Source: Candidatus Hydrogenedentota bacterium (GTDB lineage Bacteria; Hydrogenedentota; Hydrogenedentia; Hydrogenedentales; JAEUWI01). From it: 64,000 nucleotides of DNA. Location of the stretch: contig JACPGE010000060.1 of NCBI GenBank assembly GCA_016182605.1, positions 9,807-73,806 on the forward strand, written 5' to 3'. The notes below the pieces were generated by a model, which was given only the letters and a program-made list of their open reading frames with translations, was not told the origin of the DNA and did not search any database. Positions 8,761 to 16,658 of this stretch are shown here, one piece after another (within the stretch, counting starts at the first letter, position 1; each line of letters opens with the position of its first letter). The position numbers and the translations under genes were made by a program.

Positions 8761-8876
8761 ATGCACCGTATTTCGACACAGGTACAACGCCGGCCGGGCA
8801 GGTGTGGCACGGACGCGGCTGCCAGCGATCCTCCACACTCACCGCTCCCACCCGTTTCGAAACAACATCCCTCATT

Positions 8877-8925
8877 CCCATCCGTGTGCATCGGTGTTCA
8901 TTCGTGGTTTGATTCCCTCAAGAAC
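8877..8925. repeat. Short direct repeat (copy 1 of 2; copy 2 at 9138..9185)
   Basis: cccatccgtgtgcatcggtgt.cat.cgtggtttgattccc is shared by both loci. Copy 1 is followed by an inverted repeat gttcattcgtggt...accacgaatgaac. Confidence 0.6.
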
Positions 8926-9248
8926 CAGGCCATCAATCAGACCACGAATGAACGCCAATACACGCGAATAAGACACAAGAACACGCCGGACCCCATGCCC
9001 ATCCTTCCCATTCCTCTTTCAGTGTGCTCCCTGTGTTCCGTGGTCGGCGAAGCGCTATCCTTAGTCCCCGCCCCGCCCCCGCGTTTCGCAAAGTCCATCC
9101 CGTCCATCAGGTCCATGTAGCCAGTCCACACGCCCCTCCCCATCCGTGTGCATCGGTGTCCATCCGTGGTTGATTCCCCCCAGTACCAACGTTTCGCCCG
9201 CCCTTCAACTCCTTTGCGACTTTGCGGCTTTGCGTGAGACAACTTTCC

Positions 9249-9425
9249 GGGAGAAATTGTGGACAGTAACCATTTTTGCAGGATTCTCTCCTGTTTGACG
9301 GGGTGTAGACAGGCGCTTCGACGTGGAATGCCTGCGCTCGCCGAGAGCGAAGGTCTACATTGGTGGCGTGCTTCATGGCAGCGCGCTGTTCGCCGAGCGG
9401 CGTAACCGGGGCGAGGCGGGAAAAG
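9249..9425. repeat. Second direct copy of repeat module R1
   Basis: gggagaaattgtggacagtaaccatttttgcaggattctc...gacggggtgta...ggaatgcct.cgctcg.cgag.gcgaagg.ctac aligns to 8369..8540. Confidence 0.7.
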
Positions 9426-9573
9426 TAAGCGCCATTCGGAGCGGTCCCCGGCAAAATCGATTGCACCATTTCAACCTTCGCAGACTTTTTCCGCTCTGGC
9501 CTTTGATCGGTGGACCGGGAGAAGCTACAGTAGTGTTGGAATCCTAAAGGCATTGCCAGGAGGCCGACACCCC

Positions 9574-10212
9574 ATGTATCTCTTCGCCGGAACCGCCATT
9601 CTTGCTGCACTGAGCCTGCTGGTCATCGTCAGCCTGATCTGGCGCTGGGCCTCCACGCGCCAGGCCCTGCCGTGCCCCTCCCAGTTCTCCTGGATGCTGG
9701 AAAACCCCCTCATGAACCAGATGGCGGGCGCCACCCGGCTCTTCGACTTCCTCGATCTGCGGCCCGGCATGACGCTTCTCGATGTGGGCTGTGGTCCGGG
9801 CCGCATGACGGTGCCCGGCGCGCTCCGCGTTGGCACGGAAGGCCGCGTTCTCGCGCTCGACATGCAGGAAGCCATGATCCGGAAGGCCCAGAACCGCGCA
9901 CAGCAGGCTGGCCTCACCAACATCGAGTTCATTCTGAAAGGCATGGGTGAGGGGGCGCTCCCAGCGGCATGCTGTGATCGCGCCATCCTGGTTACCGTCC
10001 TCGGCGAAATCCCCGATCGGGCCGCCGCCCTCCGTGGCATCCACACCGCCCTCCGCCCCGGCGGCCGCCTGTGCATTGCGGAGATCCTTCTCGATCCCCA
10101 CTACCAGCCCCGCGCCCGCGTCGAAGCCCTCGCACGCGAGACGGGCTTCACGCTCGGTCCGTATCAGGGCGGCTGGATCTCCTACACACAGATTCTGGAG
10201 AAGCCGGAATAG
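9574..10212 (+). CDS. Class I SAM-dependent methyltransferase with an N-terminal TM anchor
   Basis: RBS CAGGAGG 8 nt before the ATG at 9574. TM helix LFAGTAILAALSLLVIVSLIW. Motif I LLDVGCGPGRMT and the post-I acidic residue (LALDMQEAM). Motif IV-like DRAILVTVL. Confidence 0.75.
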   Translation: MYLFAGTAILAALSLLVIVSLIWRWASTRQALPCPSQFSWMLENPLMNQMAGATRLFDFLDLRPGMTLLDVGCGPGRMTVPGALRVGTEGRVLALDMQEAMIRKAQNRAQQAGLTNIEFILKGMGEGALPAACCDRAILVTVLGEIPDRAAALRGIHTALRPGGRLCIAEILLDPHYQPRARVEALARETGFTLGPYQGGWISYTQILEKPE

Positions 10213-10258
10213 CGGGTTTGGAATCGTTTGGCACGGACAACCCGAGACATGAGCATTT

Positions 10259-11512
10259 TCATGTGCCTTTATCACGAAGTAGACAGTTCTTGACCGAATA
10301 CCAGTCGGCTTGCTCAATGCCTTTGACGAAGGGAATCACTTTCTCGTCGCCAATGAGCCGTTCCCATTTCCTTCTTATGGCACCACGTGCAAGCTCTTCC
10401 ATACGTGAAGCATTGGGATCAACGACAGCCAGTCGATGAGATTCTGAAGAGCATAGCCAATCCAAGAGACGGGCGTTTATGACTTTGTCACCAAAACTGT
10501 ATCCGCATACAACTAGGTAGTCTGTCGTCAGCAGGTTCTGGTGAAACATGACTTGAAGTTCTGCGAAGATTCCATAGTTGTACTCCAGGAGCTTGTTGAA
10601 AGTTCCCATTAACATCAGTGGTCCTCTTACATGCCAGAGTTCGTGCCTTTCACCAAGTTCGTTCCTGGCGTGATAAGGATCGCGGTCCAATGATTTTCCA
10701 ACGCATTGGCTTTGCCATACGGGGCCTGGCGATGGGAACGAGTACCAGTCGACAGAGCCATGCAGTTTAAATATACGAACCTTTGCATTTGAGTGCGACA
10801 GGTCATTCCGGTTCCAGTGCAATACGTTTCCTCTGTGATCGCAGAAACCGTCCGAATACGGAACTCCGAAAGATCGAAAGAGTTCTTCAAGGATGGTGTC
10901 GTGATTCAAAGTGTAAATGTCGATCTTTGAGAGGGATCCATCGCGAGAGGCGGAGAGTAGGAACGACAATGCCCAAAGTCGGTTCGGAGTCTTCCACAAT
11001 TCGTTCTCCACGACATCGCGGATATAGGTGCATACCTCATTCAACAGTGGCGTGAGTTCCCAATTTTCATGCAGTTCACCAGGTTTATGCTGCAGAATTT
11101 TGAGAACAGCCGGCATCTTAAGCAGCTTTTCGTACAACGCCTGAACTGCGGGGTTCTCGTACTCGAAGTGATCGCTGTCTGAAAGCTGACGTGCACAAAA
11201 ATAGAGGTCTTCGTAATTCGTCTGATGCCGCCCAAAGGTCTTGTAGAACTCTGCTTCATTGCTCAGCGAGTGTCGGCCACAGTGAAAAAATCCGTCTACT
11301 TCGTCCTTTAGTATTTGGAGCAGCGCAGTGACTCGAGGAACATATACTTCCTGAGACTCAAAATCTTCGCGAACTCTATCATCAAATTCGTAGTTGCCGC
11401 AGGTGTGCCGTCGGTAGTTCACACCAGCCAGGACTGTGCTCGTCAGGCTCGCCGTTGAAGGCTTTCCAACGGGAATAGATGTTCCCGCGCCGCAGACGAT
11501 GCCAACTCTCAT
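10259..11512 (-). CDS. SIR2-like (sirtuin superfamily, SIR2_2-type) NAD-binding/NADase-like protein
   Basis: Nucleotide-binding loop VGIVCGAGTSIPVGKPS (compare sirtuin GAGIS.E.GIP). Asn motif IYTLNHDTILEE (compare TQNID). Catalytic-His motif KLHGSVDWY (compare sirtuin LHGS). Second Rossmann strand VVCGYSFGDKVIN. The gene GC (~48%) is well below its neighbours (~63%). Its start codon overlaps the stop of the upstream ATPase gene (ATGA). Confidence 0.75.
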   Translation of the reverse strand: MRVGIVCGAGTSIPVGKPSTASLTSTVLAGVNYRRHTCGNYEFDDRVREDFESQEVYVPRVTALLQILKDEVDGFFHCGRHSLSNEAEFYKTFGRHQTNYEDLYFCARQLSDSDHFEYENPAVQALYEKLLKMPAVLKILQHKPGELHENWELTPLLNEVCTYIRDVVENELWKTPNRLWALSFLLSASRDGSLSKIDIYTLNHDTILEELFRSFGVPYSDGFCDHRGNVLHWNRNDLSHSNAKVRIFKLHGSVDWYSFPSPGPVWQSQCVGKSLDRDPYHARNELGERHELWHVRGPLMLMGTFNKLLEYNYGIFAELQVMFHQNLLTTDYLVVCGYSFGDKVINARLLDWLCSSESHRLAVVDPNASRMEELARGAIRRKWERLIGDEKVIPFVKGIEQADWYSVKNCLLRDKGT

Positions 11513-12708
11513 GTGGTCGTTCCCAAAGTATCGTTTTTTCTGTTGGGTCGTACGCTAGAATCCATTGAGTAATTCAGGCCCGTCAATTCCCCACCCACGG
11601 GGACCGTGCTCACCTTGTCCCCCAGCGGATAGGCCTTGTCCCCCGGATAAACAACCCATAAATGCTCCAGTTCCAAATCCTCCAGCGCACTGCGCATCGA
11701 ACGCGTGATCCGCGGCGCGTCGGCGTACTTCACCTCCACGGCCCAGTTCTTGCCCCGATCCTGCCAGAAGAGATCAACCTCGGCGCCGGAGTGCGTGGCC
11801 CAGAAGTAGAGTTCTTCCTTCCGTTTGCCAAGCGCCCGCGTTACGGTCTCCAACGCAAAGCCTTCCCAGGACGCGCCGAGCTTGTTGTGGGTCGCGAGAT
11901 CTCCCGCTGTGCGCGCCGAGAGCAGGGTGTGAAAGAGCCCGGAATCGCGGAAGTAGATCTTGGGCCGTTTGACAAGGCGCTTCCCCACGTTCGCATGCCA
12001 CGGCTGTAACAGCCGGATCATAAAGGTCCCTTCGAGGACGTCCAGGTAGCGCCGGACCGTTGCGTCGGACACGCCGAAGGAACGGGCGAACTCGGAGTAG
12101 TTCATCAACTGGCCATGATAGTGACAGAGCATGGTCCAGAAGCGCCGCAACGCGGCCGCGGGAATATCAATGCCGAGTTGCGGGATGTCACGCTCCAGGA
12201 AGGTGGCCACATACTGCTCGCGCCACAAGTGGCTCGCCGCATCGCTGTCCGCTGTGTATGCGCGCGGCAGCCCGCCCCGCAACCAGAGGGACCGCCAATG
12301 TTCCGTGCCCACGTCTTCGAGCCGGAATCCCCCCAATTCATGGTAGGCAATGCGCCCCGCCAACGACTCTGCCGATTGCCGGATAAGATCCCGCGATGCA
12401 CTGCCCAAGATCAGGTAGCGCTGTCCAGGGCGGGTGTCGACGAGGTGGCGCAACAGGGGGAAGAGGTTGGGAGCCCGCTGTATTTCGTCGATGACGATCA
12501 GACCCGAAAGGGGCTCCAGAGCCAGTTGCGCCTGCTCCATCATGACCGCATCCCGAGGATTTTCCAGATCGAAGAAGTGCGCCGCCGGAAAAGCCCGTGC
12601 AAGACACGTTTTCCCGGCCTGACGCGGCCCCAAGAGAGCAGTCACGGGAAAGTGTTCCAATAAGGCACGAATGGCCTCTGTATCGGCATGCCGGGCTATC
12701 ATAGCCAC
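11509..12708 (-). CDS. P-loop ATPase fused to a PD-(D/E)xK nuclease-like C-terminal domain (AAA_14/DUF4143-like by motif recall)
   Basis: Walker A LLGPRQAGKTCLA and Walker B LIVIDEIQRAPNLF. The C-terminal region GAEVDLFWQDRGKNWAVEVKYADAP has a D...E.K arrangement typical of the restriction-endonuclease fold. 399 aa. Translationally coupled to the SIR2-like gene. Confidence 0.7.
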   Translation of the reverse strand: MAMIARHADTEAIRALLEHFPVTALLGPRQAGKTCLARAFPAAHFFDLENPRDAVMMEQAQLALEPLSGLIVIDEIQRAPNLFPLLRHLVDTRPGQRYLILGSASRDLIRQSAESLAGRIAYHELGGFRLEDVGTEHWRSLWLRGGLPRAYTADSDAASHLWREQYVATFLERDIPQLGIDIPAAALRRFWTMLCHYHGQLMNYSEFARSFGVSDATVRRYLDVLEGTFMIRLLQPWHANVGKRLVKRPKIYFRDSGLFHTLLSARTAGDLATHNKLGASWEGFALETVTRALGKRKEELYFWATHSGAEVDLFWQDRGKNWAVEVKYADAPRITRSMRSALEDLELEHLWVVYPGDKAYPLGDKVSTVPVGGELTGLNYSMDSSVRPNRKNDTLGTTT

Positions 12709-12780
12709 ATTTTAGCGCATTATCATTGAAAATTCAATGTGATGCGACGAAATTTCAATAATAAATCACTTGCGCCACAC

Positions 12781-13197
12781 TCAGCGGTGCCGAACCATAT
12801 AATCCATGGCCGCGTTCGCAAGTAGGCCGGAACGGGTCTGGCCATGGGACACTGCCCATTGGTCGACCGCTTCGAGTACGTATTCCGGAAGCGTGATGTT
12901 TATCCGTTGGGCACGGCCGGTCGGGAGTTCAATGCCGATTTGAGCAAGAACCACCCGGTGCCCTTCAGACTCGTAGTCGGCGATCAACTCCAGCAGCCCG
13001 GCTTCGTCGCCGCCCGGGGGAATGGGATCGCCGTCGTCCACCATGGATTGCACATGCAGGGAAAGGGCCTCGGCGGCACGGCGTTGTGCATCCTCGAGCG
13101 TAGGAGCCACCGTGACGCATCCGGGAAAATCGGGAAACGCGACATCGATCTGAACGGAACCCAAGCCTGCAAAGATAGCCTGGTAATATCGAATCAC
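12781..13197 (-). CDS. hicB: HicB-family antitoxin (type II TA)
   Basis: 138 aa. N-terminal HicB/UPF0150-like fold (MIRYYQAIFAGLGSVQIDVAFPDFPGCVTVAPTLEDAQRRAAEAL). C-terminal ribbon-helix-helix-like region (INITLPEYVLEAVDQWAVSHGQTRSGLLANAAM). Sits immediately downstream of hicA. Confidence 0.75.
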   Translation of the reverse strand: MIRYYQAIFAGLGSVQIDVAFPDFPGCVTVAPTLEDAQRRAAEALSLHVQSMVDDGDPIPPGGDEAGLLELIADYESEGHRVVLAQIGIELPTGRAQRINITLPEYVLEAVDQWAVSHGQTRSGLLANAAMDYMVRHR

Positions 13198-13209
13198 GCA
13201 GTGTACCTC

Positions 13210-13392
13210 CTACTTCAGTCCTGCCTGCCGCAGGATGCTGTTAACCGTGCCCTTCTTGAGATCCTTTGCGGGATGCGGAACGGTAACTTTGCCCGGTTTT
13301 ATTGGATGGTCGAAGTGATGGTGATCGCCTTTGACGGCTTTCAATTGCCAGCCATCGCCCTTGAGTATCTGGATGATCGTTCTACTGTCCAC
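13210..13392 (-). CDS. hicA: HicA-family toxin (mRNA interferase)
   Basis: 60 aa. MDSRTIIQILKGDGWQLKAVKGDHHHFDHPIKPGKVTVPHPAKDLKKGTVNSILRQAGLK matches the HicA consensus (..LEK.GW..VR.KGSHH.F.HP.KPG.VTVPHP.KDL..GT..SILKQAGL). Confidence 0.85.
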   Translation of the reverse strand: MDSRTIIQILKGDGWQLKAVKGDHHHFDHPIKPGKVTVPHPAKDLKKGTVNSILRQAGLK

Positions 13393-13581
13393 GGCCCGTT
13401 CCGGGTTGATCCATCCCTGAGATTATTATACACACCATACACACTCTCGGCAAGGGCTTTGGCAAGCAAGTGTAATGAAAGCAGGAACTCTTTGGCCCTA
13501 AAGACTACTCTGGAGGGCGCAGATTGGACACCGAGTCAGTGGCCCGCCCGGCGCAGGGGCATACGTCGAGATAATCACCCC

Positions 13582-15573
13582 TCACCGATCCCGCATGGCC
13601 AGCATCCGCAGTCCATTCGCCACCACAATCAAGGTGCTGCCCTCATGGCCGATAACGCCCAACGGCATCGGCAGGGTGAACAAAAAGGTGCCCGCCACGA
13701 GGAAAGCAATAACGGCGAGAGAAAAGGCCACGTTCATGCGGACGATGGTGTTGGCGCGGCGGCTCAGGCGCACCGCAAAGGCGATCTTGCGCAGGTCGTC
13801 GCCCATGAGCACCACATCCGCGCTCTCCAGGGTCACGTCCGTGCCGGCGCCTCCCATCGCCATGCCAACCGCCGCATGCGCAAGCGCCGGCGCGTCGTTC
13901 ACGCCATCACCCACCATGAGCACATTGCCCAGGTTCTTCTGCAGCCGGTGCAGCATTTCCACTTTCTCTTCCGGCAGCAGCGCGGCATGAAACTCATCGA
14001 CCCCGGCGGCCTTGGCAACGGTTTCCGCGACAGAGGGGTTGTCGCCAGTAAGCATCACGGTGCGCACGATGCCGAGGCGCTTGAGCGCGGCGATCGCTTC
14101 GGGTGCCTGCGGGCGCATGGTGTCCGCCACGGCAACGAGGCCGAGCCACCCGCCGTCTTCTTCGTGCTGCCCGATATTGCCCGTGCGGCCCAATTCACGG
14201 TGGAGCACAAGCACCGACTTGCCCTCTTTCTCCAGCCGTTGCTTTGTCTCGAGCAGGTGCGCGGGAATCCGTTCGCCATGCTCTTCGAAAAGGCGTTCCC
14301 CGCCGATCCAGACCAGGAAATTGTCCAGGGTCACCTGTACGCCGCGGCCCGGAAGGCTGATAAATTTGTGGACCTCCGGCAGCACGAGGCCGCGCTCTTC
14401 CGCCGCGCGCACGATGGCTTTGGCTATCGAATGCTCAGACTTCGATTCCATCGCCGCGGCCCAGGCCAGGAGCGTGTCTTCCGCCGGACTCTCGGCCAGG
14501 TCCGTGTTCACGACAATGTCGGTGAGCTTGGGCACACCCGTGGTAAGTGTGCCGGTTTTGTCGAAAGCCACGACCTTGATCTCCGCAAGGTTCTCAAGGT
14601 GGATACCGCCTTTGAAGAGGACCCCATTGCGCGCGGCTGCCGCTATCGCGGAGAGAATCGCCGCGGGCGTGGAGATGACCAGCGCGCAGGGTGAGGCCAC
14701 AACCAGCAACACCATCGCGCGGTAAAAGGTGGTGGTAAAATCGGCGCTGAAAACCAGCCACGGTACGAGTATGAAGAATACAGTGCCCACGGCCACCGTC
14801 CACGCGTAGTATCCTTCCACGTCATCGAGGAAGCGCTGGGTGCGCGCCTTCTCACCCTGTGCGGATTCCACCAGCTTGACGATGCGCGCGAGCGTCGAGT
14901 CTTCCGGCGCTCGTTGCGTCTCAATCTCCAAACTGCCCGCACCGTTGAGCGTGCCGGCAAAAACCTTGTCGCCGGGGCCCTTGTCGATGGGCTTGGATTC
15001 GCCCGTAATGCTGGCCTCGTTGATGTCGCTGAGTCCCGCACGGATTTTTCCGTCGGTGGGCGTCATCTCCCCGGGGCGCACCACCACCACATCGCCCACC
15101 TGCACCGATTCGAGGGGTACTTTCTGCTCTTTGCCGTCACGCAGAACGTTGGCGTCCTTCGGGCGGAGTTTGAGCAGGCCTTCAATAGCGCGCCGTGACC
15201 GGCCCATCGCATACGTTTGAAGCGTGTTGGAAAGGGAGAAGAGGAATAGGAGCGTGGCCCCTTCGTGCCATTGATCGATGCTGGCCGCGCCAACCGCGGC
15301 GATAATCATCAGGAAGTCGACCCCAAGTTTCCGGTTCCGAAGATCGCCCAGCGTATCCAACAGCCCAAACCATCCGCCTGCGGCGTAGGCACTGACGTTG
15401 AAAAGAAGGATAAGCGGTGTGGCGAGTTCGAGGCGTTCCGCGCCCAGACTGAGGAAAATGCACGCAAGGGTAATGGCGGTGAAAGTCAGTTCCCAGCGGC
15501 GTCGCAGGCTGTCGGCATCGCGATCCGGCGCCTGGCTTCGTGCAGGGGCTTCGACAGGGGAGACTGTGCTCAT
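13582..15573 (-). CDS. Heavy-metal translocating P-type ATPase, P1B subgroup with an SPC transmembrane motif (P1B-4-like; Co/Ni/Zn-type), no N-terminal metal-binding domain
   Basis: DKTGTLT phosphorylation motif. TGES actuator motif (ITGESKP). ASPCALVIS in the TM helix. MVGDGVNDAPAL hinge. Start set at the ATG at 15573 (MSTVSPV...), because the longer ORF would overlap miaA. Confidence 0.8.
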   Translation of the reverse strand: MSTVSPVEAPARSQAPDRDADSLRRRWELTFTAITLACIFLSLGAERLELATPLILLFNVSAYAAGGWFGLLDTLGDLRNRKLGVDFLMIIAAVGAASIDQWHEGATLLFLFSLSNTLQTYAMGRSRRAIEGLLKLRPKDANVLRDGKEQKVPLESVQVGDVVVVRPGEMTPTDGKIRAGLSDINEASITGESKPIDKGPGDKVFAGTLNGAGSLEIETQRAPEDSTLARIVKLVESAQGEKARTQRFLDDVEGYYAWTVAVGTVFFILVPWLVFSADFTTTFYRAMVLLVVASPCALVISTPAAILSAIAAAARNGVLFKGGIHLENLAEIKVVAFDKTGTLTTGVPKLTDIVVNTDLAESPAEDTLLAWAAAMESKSEHSIAKAIVRAAEERGLVLPEVHKFISLPGRGVQVTLDNFLVWIGGERLFEEHGERIPAHLLETKQRLEKEGKSVLVLHRELGRTGNIGQHEEDGGWLGLVAVADTMRPQAPEAIAALKRLGIVRTVMLTGDNPSVAETVAKAAGVDEFHAALLPEEKVEMLHRLQKNLGNVLMVGDGVNDAPALAHAAVGMAMGGAGTDVTLESADVVLMGDDLRKIAFAVRLSRRANTIVRMNVAFSLAVIAFLVAGTFLFTLPMPLGVIGHEGSTLIVVANGLRMLAMRDR

Positions 15574-15686
15574 GGAGTAGCGCTCTTTGCTAGCCGATGG
15601 AATTGCCGGCGCATTGATTGTAGACCCGTAGACGGTTCGCTTCAATTGTATCCGTGTCCAAATACTTTGACAGAGGGCCCGCGACC

Positions 15687-16658
15687 CTATTCCCGGACGC
15701 GCCAAGATTCGGGAATCTGCCGCCAGACTGCGTCGAGTTGGGATACGGGCGTGGGGTGGATCGTCGTGTCGATCCACTGCACGCGGGGATCGTTGCGAAA
15801 CCAGGTGAGTTGGCGCTTCGCATAGCGCCGGTGGTGGAGCTTGGTGGCCTCGATGGCCGTTTCGAGAGGCTGCTCGCCATGCAACGCGGAAGCGATCTCC
15901 CGGTAGCCCAGGGCCTTGAGGCGATCAATCTGGGGACCATAACCCAGGTCAAGCAGGCGTTGCACTTCCGTCACCCAGCCTGCCGCTATCATGGCGTCGA
16001 CCCGCGCGTTGATACGCGCATACAGCACCTCGCGATCCGGATAATGCAATGCAAATTGCACGCTCTCCAACGGCTCCAACAGCGCCTGGTGCGCCGCGTG
16101 CAGTTCGGAAAAGGGCCGGCCAGAGCATTCGAAAACTTCGAGCGCGCGCACCACCCGCACCGAGTCGTTGGAACTCGTGAGCTGCGCCGCATACGCGGGA
16201 TCGACCGCCCGGAGCCGCGCAAACAGGGCCTCGTTGCCCTCTTCCCGGGCCTCGGCGCGAAGCCGTGCGCGCACATGCTCGTCGCGCCCTGGACCATCGA
16301 AAATGCCGTCCAGAAGTGCAGAAACATAGAGCCCCGATCCCCCCGCGGCCACGGGTACGCGTCCCTGCGCATGAAGTTGTTCCGCGATGCTGCGTGCCCG
16401 CGCCTCGAAGTCCCCGGCGTTCATGGACTCATCCGGATCGATGATGCTCACCAGGTGATGGGGCACACGGGTCCGCTCTTCCAAGGTGGGCGCCGCGGTG
16501 CCTATCTCCATGCCGCGATAACACTGCATGGAATCCACGGAGAGAATCTCCGAGCCGAGCCGCTCCGCGAGGCCAATGGCAAGCGCCGTCTTCCCGGAAC
16601 CGGTGGGTCCCACGACGGCAACAATGCGGGGACGCCCTGAATCGGCAGACAGCGTCAC
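15687..16658 (-). CDS. miaA: tRNA dimethylallyltransferase
   Basis: P-loop IVAVVGPTGSGKTALAI. SVDSMQCYRGMEIGTAAP, DPAYAAQL and LHHRRYAKRQLTWFRN are all collinear with MiaA. Confidence 0.9.
   Translation of the reverse strand: MTLSADSGRPRIVAVVGPTGSGKTALAIGLAERLGSEILSVDSMQCYRGMEIGTAAPTLEERTRVPHHLVSIIDPDESMNAGDFEARARSIAEQLHAQGRVPVAAGGSGLYVSALLDGIFDGPGRDEHVRARLRAEAREEGNEALFARLRAVDPAYAAQLTSSNDSVRVVRALEVFECSGRPFSELHAAHQALLEPLESVQFALHYPDREVLYARINARVDAMIAAGWVTEVQRLLDLGYGPQIDRLKALGYREIASALHGEQPLETAIEATKLHHRRYAKRQLTWFRNDPRVQWIDTTIHPTPVSQLDAVWRQIPESWRVRE

Noticed and set aside
7545-9430. CRISPR array
   Set aside because: The repeats are long (50-175 bp), irregularly spaced, partly inverted and of several different types. 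There is no regular repeat-spacer periodicity and no cas genes.
12844-14694. 616-aa plus-strand ORF
   Set aside because: Spans and is antisense to hicB, hicA and the P-type ATPase, all of which have strong family motifs. No motifs of its own.
15574-15777. 5' extension of the P-type ATPase ORF (MDRHDDPPH...)
   Set aside because: Would overlap miaA by 90 bp and adds a non-hydrophobic, Arg-rich leader. An ATG at 15573 gives a normal P1B N-terminus.
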